The translations under genes and the position numbers were made by a program. From the NCBI RefSeq assembly GCF_009914755.1, contig NC_060930.1: DNA of 64,000 bases. One strand, given 5' to 3'. Below, one piece after another: positions 52,355 to 64,000 of this stretch (position 1 is its first letter; each line of letters begins with the position of its first letter). A model generated the notes under the pieces. That model was not told where the DNA came from, did no database searches, and saw only the letters and a list, made by a program, of their open reading frames with translations. This DNA is from the human T2T-CHM13v2.0 reference genome, Homo sapiens.

Positions 52355-54810
52355 CTGATGAGACTTTTGTTTTGGATAGCATGAAAGAGACTGTGGCGGA
52401 ATAGCTCCCAAGAAGAATAATTGGAAAAACAATAGGAAGGACAAAGATAATTTATTTACAGCATCAGGGAGCTACTGAAATGATGAAGATTAATGAGACT
52501 CAAATTTCAGAGAGAAGAGAAATGAAAACTGAGACAATTATCTGCAACAGTGTTTCCACGGGACAAGCACTAATAGTGCAAATTTGCCAGTTCAGGGCAC
52601 TATATGGAGGCTGAGTGTATTTGTTCATTCTCACACTGCTATATGGAACTACCTGAGACTAGGTAATTTATGAAGAAAAGAGGTCTAATTGACCCACAGT
52701 TCCACAGGCTTAACAGGAATCACGACTGGGAGGCCTCAGGAAACTTACAAACATGGCAGAAGGCGAAGGGAAAGCAAACACGTCTTACCATGGCAGAGCA
52801 GGAAAGCAAGTGAGTGAAGGGGGAAGTGCCACACACCTTCAAACAACCAGATCTCCTGAGAGCACACTCACTATCACAAGAACAGCAAGGGGGAAGGGGG
52901 AAGCCTGCTTCCGTGATGCAATCACCTCCCACGAGACCCCTTCTCTGACATGCTGGGATTACAATTTGAGATGGGATTTGGGTGGGACAGAGAGCCAAAC
53001 CATATTCCTGAGTTTCCAGGCTTGGGCTTGGCAGAGAATCAATGGAAGGACCAGAGGAAACAGGAAATCTTTTGGTCACAAAGGACTGGGGTGAGGAAAT
53101 GAAAGGCCAGAGAGGCTTCACCACAGGTCCAGCTTCTCCCTCAACACATTTGCTGATGTCTGCCATTGGGTGGGTCAGAAAGATTAAAAGATAAGCTGAA
53201 TACATCTGACATACAAAATAGGTTTCCATGGAGTTCTCCAGTGCTGAGAGACAGACTCATCGAGGAGAGGGCTCAAAAACACTTTTGTAATCATGTGAAG
53301 CTAAAATGACAAAATTGAAGACTCAAAGTCATTCAAACACATGATCAAGGCTCCCTGACAAGATATTTTCCTAATTTTGAAGCTATCTGCAGCAGAAGAC
53401 CAAAAATCTAAATAGAAAAATCTTTAAAAAGCAGGGAACGTAAAGAAAGACCCACCAGATGAAGTGCACTAGTGCACAGCCAGGCTTTCTGTTGAAAGTC
53501 CCGAAGGGATATGCCCTGTGGTAGACTGATTTTTATCAAAATGACTGTGACTCAGCTCAGTCAGTGGTTGGATTACGTTAAGCAGTGCCCCTCTACTTAG
53601 GAGAGGAAATGGTAAGGCAAGATAGCACTTTCTAGGGCCTCTACATAATCTTATTTTATATGTTCACAGTGTCTCATCTGATATAAAATACTATTAGGCA
53701 TACCAAGAGATAGGACCATATTACTGGAAAACCTAGGGAAACAGACAATAGAAGCAGACCCCCATGTGATACACTATTGGAGAATGTTAGAAAACCAAGT
53801 CAGTATTCTTAACATTGGTAAATAAAGGAAAAGAATCATCTATTTGCCTTGCATTTTCTGTTTGAACTCTATCTCAGAGAAACTAAATAGATGATGAGGG
53901 AAAGTTCTTTGTTAGAAGGGAAATACAGTTGACAGATACAAAAAGGATGATAGAATTGCATTACCACTTTGTAGTCTCATAATAAAATAATTTATCTATA
54001 CTCTGATAATTAATGGCTGCTAAGACCACCAGAGGAAAGACTGATGGGATGTTTTACAAAGTATGCATCAGGATAACAACATCTGATATCTTTGAAAATT
54101 GCCATAATAAAAAGTTAATTTTAAAAATGTCTAAAAACCAAGCAGAATGTCTAAAAACCTCATACACTAGTGTAAATTGTGCAAGAACTTTGCAAAACAA
54201 TTTGGTAATATATAAGAAAGATGAATGTGCATGCTCAACAATGTACCAATTCTAGTTCTAAGTAAATATCATGGGAAAAAAATCTCCCATTAACAATGTT
54301 TATTGCAGTATTGATAAAATAGCAAAATGTAGGAAAAAAACTAAATGGTCATCAGTAGAAGAATGGATTATTTTTTAAAGTGTGGTATTTGTTCAATTTA
54401 GTTTAAGTGAATGAACTAGAGTTATACTCTAGCTATACATAATACTAGTTATACATAATACCGTGCAAAAAGGGAAATTGTTGAATGGAAATGTAATGTC
54501 AAGTATATAAAATATAATATGCTAAACACTATCATGTATTATTTACTAACACATATGAATATACATATTCAACATAAAATATGCCAAGTGACAATACATA
54601 CCAATTTGTCTCTTTAAAAGGAGCAGATTCATATTTAGAATAATATACAGAGGGCTTCAAACATATCCTTAATATTTTCAAAAGAAAGAAGATTTTAATA
54701 GGGCAAAATGTTAATATTTGTCAAATCTATGGTGGTAACTAAACTGAATGTGATTAAACCATTCTCTGTAGTCTCTTACTAGCTTATGAATCTTAATAAT
54801 TAACAATTTT
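52355..54810 (+). mobile_element. Patchwork of very old L1M fragments around the MSTA LTR
   Basis: Resemblance to L1MC/ME ends (aataaaggaaaagaatc..., tgtttattgcagtattg...aaatggtcatcagtagaagaatggat). Confidence 0.55.
52616..53007 (-). mobile_element. MSTA-like solo LTR
   Basis: tgtattt...agccaaaccatattc with perfect TSD CTGAG (52611-52615 / 53008-53012). Confidence 0.93.
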
Positions 54811-55569
54811 GAAATGAAGCAATATTTTACACCTATATGGAAAGACTGCATTGTGCATATATATAAAGAGTTTTAATATACATGCATGCGTTAAAAGGAA
54901 GGGTGGAAAAAATTTCCATTTACAGAGAGCCTACACACATACCCAGAGCTCCATTCTCCATTCCTATAAACAAATGCTGAAAAACAAATATTAAAATTCA
55001 AAAAACAGGCAAAAATGCATTTGGCTTTGGAAAGCAATCAGAGGCACAAATTATGTATTTATCTATAAAAACAACATAAAATAGACTGTACCCTGCTAAA
55101 ATGGTCTTGAGTGGTGGCTGTCATTCTTTATGATTACTTTGGACAGCTGCTGCATTATTATTTCCATGGTGAGCTTTCTATATTTTTAAGACTGACCATC
55201 TGGAATTGTATAGAACATTTTATCTCTGCTAAAAAGTAGATTAACCTCCAAACCTCCGAAAACATGCAACTTCATAGACAGCTAACCTGACTGTGTGCCT
55301 CACCTGTTCCTGACAAATCCATTCAAAGTCACTGTTACCCAAATAAAAAAGTCTGGAAGAGAGAGAAAATAAAGTTTAATTTATTTTCTACTGGAAGTTA
55401 TTGACATTCTTGAGTAAGGAAAGTGGCTGAAGTCAACAAGTAAAGTGAAGGGAAGTTTGAGATCCTATGAAATAAGTCTAAGCTAAATACACACTGATAT
55501 TTTAAATGTCTGAGTCTTTTGTCTGTGTCTTTATTTTTCCATCCTTCAAAATAAGGGTATTAATAGCAA

Positions 55570-55745
55570 TGGCTTATGGATTAGGCTGGAATAGCATTTT
55601 GCTATTTGAAAGCATTTTCACACATACTTTTTCAACAATCCTTCTTTATGGATGAAAAAATTGAGTCTGAAAGAAGTGATCATACAATTGGAAAGTGCCA
55701 GGCCTCCTGATTCAATGTCCAGAGATCTCATTGCTAACATCATAC
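55570..55745 (-). mobile_element. MIR fragment
   Basis: tttatggatgaaaaaattgagtctgaaagaagtga. Confidence 0.55.
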
Positions 55746-55977
55746 TGAGTAAAATTTATTTGTAACAAATTCTAACTTCATTTAAAAAATAAATCTTTAC
55801 ATAGAAAGTGAAGAATGGGTGACCTGATGTAAATAAAATATTAAAGCAAAGTAATACTGAGTTAAGTATCTCTCAAAGAGAGATAGGCTGTTATATCAAG
55901 GAAGACTATTTGGACAATGGAAATATATGGGTAAAGTTACGCAGAATCCATCAGTGTATGACAAGCAGTGACTTTAC

Positions 55978-56129
55978 AAAAGGAAGAAAGGAAAGGAAAA
56001 AGGAATGGGAAGAGGAGGAGAGGAGAGGGAAATGGAGGAGAGGGAAAGGGAGAGGAGGGAGGGAGGGAAAGAAAGGAAGGAAGGAGGGAAAGAAGAAGGA
56101 AGGAGAGAAGGGAAAAGAAGAGAGAGAGA
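55978..56129. repeat. Polypurine (GA-rich) low-complexity tract
   Basis: About 150 nt of almost only A and G. Confidence 0.92.
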
Positions 56130-59100
56130 CCTTTGCACTTTAAGAAGAAATTGAAGAGGACCCTTTCTAACTAAACTACTTCTGGGGTTTCTTTAAATCC
56201 ACAACTTCTGCCAAAAGATTCAAGCACAGATTTGGGACTTATATTTGACAAGCCCCCATATGCTACATTTTCCCTCCAAGCTTTTACTCTGGCTTGCTGA
56301 ATCTGTGGTTGGTTGAATATGTGGTTTTACAATTGCTAAAAATACCCTGAAGTCAACCTCTTTCTCTCAGTTTTTATGCAGTTGATAAAATGGCCACTCT
56401 GGCCTCAGATTTTACATGGCTTGTCCTGTAACCTTTAATAAAACACTCCTTTCATAAAAGCAAGGTCTGTATGCAGGGTCATTTATGTTTCACTTCAATG
56501 CAAAGTGAAAGTCGGAGACCAAACAAAAGGGATCATAAAGGAGATGCTCTATTTTTTTTTTTTTCAAATCTCTCCATCAGTAGTTAATTAGGGTGTCTTT
56601 GGGATTACTGAGTTACTGTGTGAAGCTTGGCTGTCAATATGCCGGAAGGCCTCAAAGGAACCGCAGAACTGTCCCCTAACTGCAGGAGTAGGTTTTAAGA
56701 GGGAATGCAAGTCACAGAGGCCACAGAGCTTCCTGTCCAATTTCCGGGAGACACAGAAGTACAGATGCTGCCCGGGTGCACCACACTGTGGGACTCTGCT
56801 AAGGTCAGTACACCGAGTTGCTAAGTTGTCAAGGCATCCCCCCGCCCCTTGTTTTTATCATTAGACATCCCCAGCAGGCAGGACCAGCTGCATTGTTTGC
56901 AGGGCCCAGTGCAAAATGAAAACACGGAGCTCCTGATTCAAAAAGCAGAGGTAAAGTGTTAAAGGTACTACATTATAAAGCCACAGCTTCTCTTGATCTG
57001 TCATGGTGTTTTGTATTTTTCATTTAGTGCTGTGTTCCCTTGTGTGGGGCAAATGAAGTCCCACCAGACACGGCCATCCCCATTTTGTGACTGCACGTGC
57101 TCAGCCCACAGGCTGCCAGGTTCCTCTCCAGCCAGTCACTGGGCAGAGGTCATAGGGAAGTTGAACCGGTTACCTCTCTTTCTCATGTCCTCTTTGCCTC
57201 AGCCCATATTAGACAGGTGACTCCCAAGGGTATTGCAATAACAGTGCAGAGACACCTAAGGTATCTGGATAAAGGATGTGCAAGAGGCTTGCCACTGCGT
57301 GTTGCCTACCAAAAGTGCAGTGGCACTTCCGGTCCAGGGAGGAGACAGCCACTGCCATTCATTGCCTTGAGATAGTACAGGGCACATATATCAGACCCTG
57401 ATCTTGTCGGGACTTATGCCCAACCCCTTGTCAATGGTGGAAAGTGGTAGTGATTTCTAGACAGGGGCAGGTAGTGGGAGGCTGGACAGGGCTGGGACCC
57501 AGGGGACAAGAGTCCGAAAATCCCAAAGCCTGTCCAGAAAGGCAGGGAGGCTGCAAGATGTGGGCCATGTGTAAACTGAGGCTCCAATCTCCCAGCGCAT
57601 GCTCTATTTCCCCATTGACCATCACTTGCAAAACACAAATTAAAAGATAACATTTTTATGAATTTCAAGAGGATGATTACAGAGCACTAAACATCAAGTG
57701 CAGGGCTCTTCGGAGGTAGAGATTGTGTTTGTCTGTCTGTCTGTTCTGGTTCCAGGCCCGTGAAGCTGGTCCTGCCAGGGCCCCAGTTCCCAGTGCCAAT
57801 TGAATAGGCCACATACAGACATTCCTCAAAAGTAGAGTTAATTAGAGGCTCAAGAACATGCAAACAAGGCAAAGCCTAATGCTTTGAGTGTATTTTCTAT
57901 CTTCTTTCATGAGAAATAAAGTTGCTTGAATATCATTTTACATATTACTTCCCACTACATTTACATATTCAGACATACCTTTATTCCTGATCATCTCCTT
58001 GCTAACATTTACATTGTTTTAATGATCTTTTGATTTTGAGTAGGCATCTTGAATGTCAGGGGCATATTACCTTGATAAGTTTGATAGCAAACAGTGTCTG
58101 TTTTTCTAATTTTATTAAATGAATGGATTATTGCAGTAATAATGAAGTTACACCAAGGTGTCTCAAATTCTTATCTTTTGATGAGGATTTCAAATTACTC
58201 TCGGTAAATCATGCACCTTTAAATGATTTCATGAATGGTCCAAACTTGATGGAATTGTACATATGGATTAACTTTGTTTTTTCTCTGTTACATTCAATGT
58301 GCTATGGAAAATCTTTTCCTGCCTTATACATTCAGTTCAAATCCCTTGCTTTCAGGTAGTGAACATCTGTTCCAGAGTATTCTTGTTTAAAATTTAAAAC
58401 TCACAGCTCTTCTTCCCAGCACCTGTCAGGCCTCAGCCTGAGAGACTTGGAATGGGAAGGGGCATGGTCTCCTCCTGCAATACCTCTTCCTCCTCTTTCT
58501 TCTGAGTTTTCACTCGTCTGTCTACTTTGATGGGAAAAAGAGATAGAAGAGAAGGAAAAGGTCTTTGATTTGCCAGGAGCCATTTTGGTCCTCTTCCAGG
58601 TTACCCTGGACAGTTGTCACCAGGATCTTCTGGGTAGAGGGTCAGATGTTGACTCATAGAGAACATTGATGAGTTTGAGGAGCCCTGTAGAGAACTGCAT
58701 CATGGCCAGAGTCCCCTGACATGAGAGATTTCTCCCCAGTTGAACCAGCCTCACCCATACCACCTGTAGCATGTGCTGATAGTTCACCCTAAGCATCTTG
58801 TACCTGAAATTCTTTTCTATGACAGGCAGCCCGCTTATGTGGCATGACAGCCAGACAGCTTTATCCCATCACCTTCTGCAGTGCTAGCTGACTCATGGGA
58901 AATGCACTTAATCCTTATTCCAACAAATGATGGAAAGGCCGACTACCCCTGGCTGCCCATCAGCCTTGTCATGTCTAGCTGGTTCTCTTCTCCATCTGCC
59001 AAAGGGGCACAGAAGCCAGACTATCCTAGGTGCTGTATAAGGAGACATCCAGCTAGGGAATGAGATGATATTCTTCCTGTGTGCAGATTCTTCCAATCTC

Positions 59101-59396
59101 AACAGGTGGGTCTGTTGCTGCTCCCTCTCTCTCTACCACTGGACACTTTCTGTCTTGTGAATGCCAAGAGATAAATATATGAAGTGACAGCAATGCATTC
59201 ATTATGCCATAATATGCAGGAAAATTAACAGTGCAATTAAAAGTCACAGTGTCAGACATAAACTCATGCACTTCCTTTAAGAGGAGTAGAGGGTGGGAAG
59301 AATCAGCCTACATCAGTGTAAGTAGAGATGAAGTCCACTGCCACAAGGGATAAAGAAGTGTGTCAACAGTGGAGGGAAAGAGCAAACCTGGGGTAG

Positions 59397-59414
59397 ACAC
59401 ACACACACACACAC
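59397..59414. repeat. (AC)9 microsatellite
   Basis: Direct count. Confidence 0.9.
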
Positions 59415-59647
59415 AGCAAAAAAAGCATCTGCCACTTGGAAAGAGATGCACCCCACTGACAGGGTTTTAAGAAATAGCCTGGCAATGAGAAACAGCCAGG
59501 CAGAGCAAGGACCATAGAGCAAACGGAGGTGGAGGCAATACAGAGCAAGGCTCAGGGCCAGGCACTGCCTGAGTGGTGGACTTGCCATATCTGTACACAT
59601 GTATAACCCCCTCGCTCACTGGGTGTCTTTTTCTTTTCAATCTTCAG

Positions 59648-59732
59648 GAAGAGGCAGCCAGAATTCTCGCCCACCAGCCAATGTCCGTCGGCACATGTGC
59701 AGCTTTGAAAACCCCCACACTGCAGTGAATGT
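59648..59732 (+). CDS. GRM1: GRM1 85-nt alternative exon for the mGlu1b (beta) tail: (K)KRQPEFSPTSQCPSAHVQL*, stop at 59706-59708
   Basis: Branch-like ctcAc (A at 59618), pyrimidine tract, cag|G acceptor and AATGT|gtaaga donor. Phase-2 joining to the 7TM exon reproduces the known mGlu1b C-terminus. Confidence 0.96.
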
Positions 59733-61450
59733 GTAAGAGAAGCTGCATGGAAAATCTAGTGTTTTGCCCCTTGCTTTCTCTCTCCTGGGTTTTTCCACTT
59801 TCTAACATGGAAACAGATGTGGTGCATGCCATCAGAATGAAGAATTCATTTACGTGCCATGGTTTGCACGACTGCCTTAAATTGATTGTCCATCGTTCTT
59901 AAAAGGACACTGTCAAGTTGTTCATTTAGGCTTTTTGCTTTTTTATGTTTTGATGCACTATTTTTTTTTTCTGATTCTGGAGACTCACTTTTGTTTGTGA
60001 CTCCCACTCACAAGCCCGAAAGTGAATTTTCCCCCTTCAGAAATTTGTCAGCTTCTCCTTGGCAAACAGAGCTCTTTCTTTTCTTTTCTTTTTTTGCCTT
60101 TTTGCGGTTGCACAAATGTTTGAAATGATGCTGTCTGCACTAAAGTAAAAGCCATAGCTTGAATTTATGGAAGAGTTCTATCATGTCAGTTTGCGGGGGT
60201 GGGTGCCAACATGAGCCTCTGCTGGGTGCCTCCCACACCCTGGGGAGCACAAAACAAAAGTTTTGTGAGTCCCACAAAAAGTACACTTTACAAAAAGGAA
60301 AAGTAGTCATTTTCCTAACATTATGAGTGATTTTTATCAGATTTCCTCGTCTGATAAAAATGATGCATGTTTGGTCCCATTTTTGACCTTTAGCTCTTGA
60401 CAGTGTCTTTTTAAGTTAACAAAAGAACATAGACCATGTTCAGTTCGTTGTGCACGGAGTCTGTGGTCATTTTCAGCTGTTCCTTTACAGCCCTTCAAAC
60501 TCCTTGGAGAGTCAAAGGTACACATTCCTGCAGCAGGAGGGAGCCCACTGATGAGGTGTTTGTGGCTTGAATAGCTCTTCAGATGAGAAGAGCCCAATTT
60601 GTTCAAATGTCTGCTACTGAACCTGGCCATGGAGGCTGATGAATAGGGCCATAACATCTCTTCCCTTCACTCAGTGGAGTGCAATGGGAAGTCTGTTGTC
60701 TGCCTTTCTGCTATTCCTCATACAAACCCAAATAGAAAGAGTGTGGTCTCCACCAAATCATATTGATTCTTAGAAGAACAAATATGGTAGTCCTGCTGGT
60801 GTTCCAGGTAGTAACTGAGAGGTGTCTGCGCATCTAGGTCAGAGCCACTCTACTGTGGCTGGATGAATTCTCTGTAATTCTCCCAAGCTCAGAAGGCACT
60901 GAGTGTTTCTTGTATCATGGGGTGAGTCTAACCAAGGACACAGCAAGGAGATTCTAATTGTGAGAGCTGCTGGCTGCCTGTCAAAAAGGATTGATGGGAA
61001 TGGGTAGATGTGCTTGTCTTGTCCTGACAGCAGGGCCAGAGAGAGAGGAGAGTTGACTGACATTTTGTAACTAAAAGGTGAGTGCCTAAAAGCAAAAGTA
61101 AAAGCTGAATGTGGTACATCCCTGGTGGGTGACAAAAAATAAAGTAACAGTCAGCAAAGCTAACAGATTGGCCGTTAAGAACTTTCAGAATAGGATCTAT
61201 TCAAACTTTCCTTCTTCAGACCATAAAGGATTAGGAAGAGATAAGTAGGTTTAAATCTGTGCACCATACACTAAACTAAGACTGGATATTTTTAGCCATG
61301 GTTGTTCCTGTTAAATTTTTTTTTAAAGATATGTTCTTCTGTGACCTTCAGTTCCCACTGTTTTTGTGAATAGGCAAGGCAAAGAGATTAGTGATGACGG
61401 AAATAAAGCTGCCTACTGGACCATTATGGTCTGTCTAGATCTATCCTACT

Positions 61451-61603
61451 CCTGAGAAATAATCCCAACAGAGCAATGCAACTGTAATTTTTATTGCAAT
61501 TAGAAAATTGGTGAATTTTCCAGTTGCAGGAAATATGGCAGTTGCATTTCTTTGTTGGGAAATTGGCAAATTAGAAAATTTACCAGTTTTCCCATTTCTC
61601 AGG
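61451..61603. repeat. Nested inverted-repeat element (47-bp stem hairpin, second hairpin, 10-bp outer inverted repeat)
   Basis: Arms 61463-61509 and 61514-61560 are complementary at 38 of 47 positions, plus 4 G:U pairs on the + strand. Confidence 0.85.
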
Positions 61604-64000
61604 GTGAATTATGAGAACTCCAGGTAGAGCTGAGGAGCATAAAAATCTCTTACTATTAAGAGATTGTTTCTGGTAGCACAAAGTATAGAAGAAATAATAA
61701 TGTTTGACCTGAAGTTCCTTTAAAGGGAGCGTAATTTAAGTTCATCTATACTTCCTGAAGAAATATAATCATATTTGTTATACCTCTGCTAAAGCAACGC
61801 CATGGTACCAACATGTTGTCTTAAATAGACTTTGGTAGGAGAATTTCTTAGATCAGCCAGTAATCATGATTAGGTTGAACTAAAGACCATTCAAACTGTA
61901 CTTGGAAAAATTTTAGTATCCATCAGAATTCTATTCTTTAATATGAAATAAATTGGGTAATGTTCTCAGGAGAGTGGAGCCTCTACCCAGACAAACTTTA
62001 TGGTGCTTTCTATACTTTACTGAATTTGATTAGGTAATTTTATTTCTGAATGTCTTTTTCTTTATTGATCAGATGAAGAAAGCACAGGTCTTAATAAGGG
62101 CAAACTGATTTTCTTTGTATTGTCTTTTATCTAGTGTCATATAACTTGAGGATGTAGGATGTAATTGATCTAAAGATCCTAAAAGAAGAACTGCATACTT
62201 AGACTTTGTGATATTCTCTAATTTTAGCAAGCCAATGACTCTCTGACTAGCTTATGATGAAGGTAGAATTAAAGGGGAAAAGGCTAAGATTCACAATGCC
62301 ATTTAAGATGTCATATCAACAGAAACTACCAAGTTCTCATATAATTAGAAAGCATTTGTCTTAAAAAACACCTCAGAAATTCTTTACCTTACAGCTAGTG
62401 GTGAGTCAAAAAGGCGAGAAATTGTAATTATGTTCAGATAGGCCCCCAAGTTTGAGAATACATTCTAAATATGCAGATTTTTCTGGAAGGCTTTCAAGAA
62501 GTGGAGCTGGAGTCAGTGGGAGTCCTTTGTATTGATGACAAACTCGAGGTTGCCTGGGAAAACAGAAGTCTGATACAACTGGTGTCAAATAGTTCCTAGG
62601 CCTGAGATTCTACAAGACCTACTTCTCAAGCTGCACTAGGGTACCAGAGGGCTGACGAATGTGAAGTTGAAATATCTGGACAGCTGTATTTCCAGCATTC
62701 CTTTGGGAAAGTCTTGGTGGGGTCAGAACCTCCCCTTCCTTGACAGGCCTCATGTTCTAGCTGTAGCTGCGGGAGCCAGAGCAGAACTGTCCCGAAGTCT
62801 GTGCCTTTTTATCTTTTTTCTTGGTGAGCCAATTCCCTCCTTGCTGGGACTCAATGGTGTTTTCCGTTTCCATTTTCACTTTCAGAGAAAACAAATGCTA
62901 CCCTCCTCAGGTTCCCAGGAGTGAGCCTCTCTTTCTTACGCGAAGGTCTTGCATTATCTGTGGGCTTTCTGGATACTGTCCTTGTATCTGTTGTGAAGCT
63001 ATTAAGCCTAGAGGCAAAGACTTGATTTGGACATAAGAGAGACAGGTGTTGTGTAAGCTTCCCCTTCAGGCAGTTTGTGCAGGAGGCTTCCCTCCTGATG
63101 ATCTCAAACACCCACCCACTGTTATTCCCATTTTAAACCTCTCTGGATCAGAGAACAGTGTACTCTGCAGATGTAACTAGTACTTACTGAAACAAATAAA
63201 ACAGACAGGATCACTGAATGCCAAAGATACACTAATCTATTTACACCACCCACTCTCAACTATTCTCTAAAGTGCCGTAAATATTGGGTTTTCTGTTTGG
63301 GGGATTGCGATAGCTAACTAATGAAAGAAAAACCAAAGCAAGATCCCGAACCTGTTGTTGCTGGAACTGCAACCTCAGGCCTGCCTAGCTGTCCACACAG
63401 TAACTATACATTATCCTATACATCCTGTAGGCCTAACAGTGTTTTCCTCCAATTGAGCCACCTGAGATATTTACTCTAAATGCCTCTGCATTTGATCTTC
63501 AAATATAAGATTGATTTAGGCCTCAGGTCTGTCTTTTGAAGTCGGAGCAAAAGGTTCAGGTGCTTTGTAACAATTATGTGGTGTTTTCTAAACCAGATTG
63601 CTTTTCCTAAGATTAGGAAGCCAAATAAAATTAAACAATAGAAGGAAGAAGCTGGTGGCAGAAGCAGAAACGATTAAAGTTATCTGGGATTAAATAAATG
63701 TCATATTGCAGGATAATATTGCATTTTTATAATGTATTTATTCTTTCTTGATATAAATGGATTTGATTTTACATATTTTTCTCTTCTTAATATCACAGTA
63801 GTGGGTTCCCTGCCTTCTCAAATAAGATACTCTCTTTTCTCACCAAAACAGTTCTTAAGCCTTCACCTGAATCTATTATTACTAAATATACCTCTCTTCA
63901 CGGCCATTTGAATACAGAACAAAACAAAAGCTTCCCAGAATTTAGTTACACATGTATTGAATAACACACTTTATCATAACAGCATCTACATACATTTAAA

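Noticed and set aside
52720-53229. 169-aa ORF
   Set aside because: Mostly MSTA LTR sequence.
55910-56174. K/E/R/G-rich ORFs
   Set aside because: An artefact of the purine tract, which lacks stop codons.

Overview
Human (or very close great-ape) genomic DNA lying inside the GRM1 gene (metabotropic glutamate receptor 1), transcribed on the + strand. Three coding exons are visible: the 127-nt cysteine-rich-domain exon (19947-20073), the 931-nt exon encoding the whole 7TM domain and proximal C-tail (31838-32768), and the 85-nt cassette exon giving the short mGlu1b tail (59648-59732). The upstream exons and the terminal mGlu1a exon are outside the window. The rest is intronic and rich in transposon fossils: L1 (including a near full-length L1MA-type element with nested MaLR elements and a twin-primed L1PA), THE1/MST/MLT LTRs, three Alus, L2, MIR and microsatellites. 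I see no prokaryotic-type system, CRISPR array or RNA gene, and nothing I can call a new biological system. The best leads are: a candidate exon adding exactly 10 residues (possibly the reported mGlu1h), intron read-through with a nearby poly(A) signal, RBFOX motifs after the beta exon, a candidate truncating exon before the TM exon, a 47-bp-stem hairpin, a 150-bp locally templated insertion, a sense THE1 with both poly(A) signals lost, and an RFX/SOX/NFI/MEIS motif cluster. Repeat subfamily names and boundaries were assigned by eye and are approximate unless a TSD is quoted.
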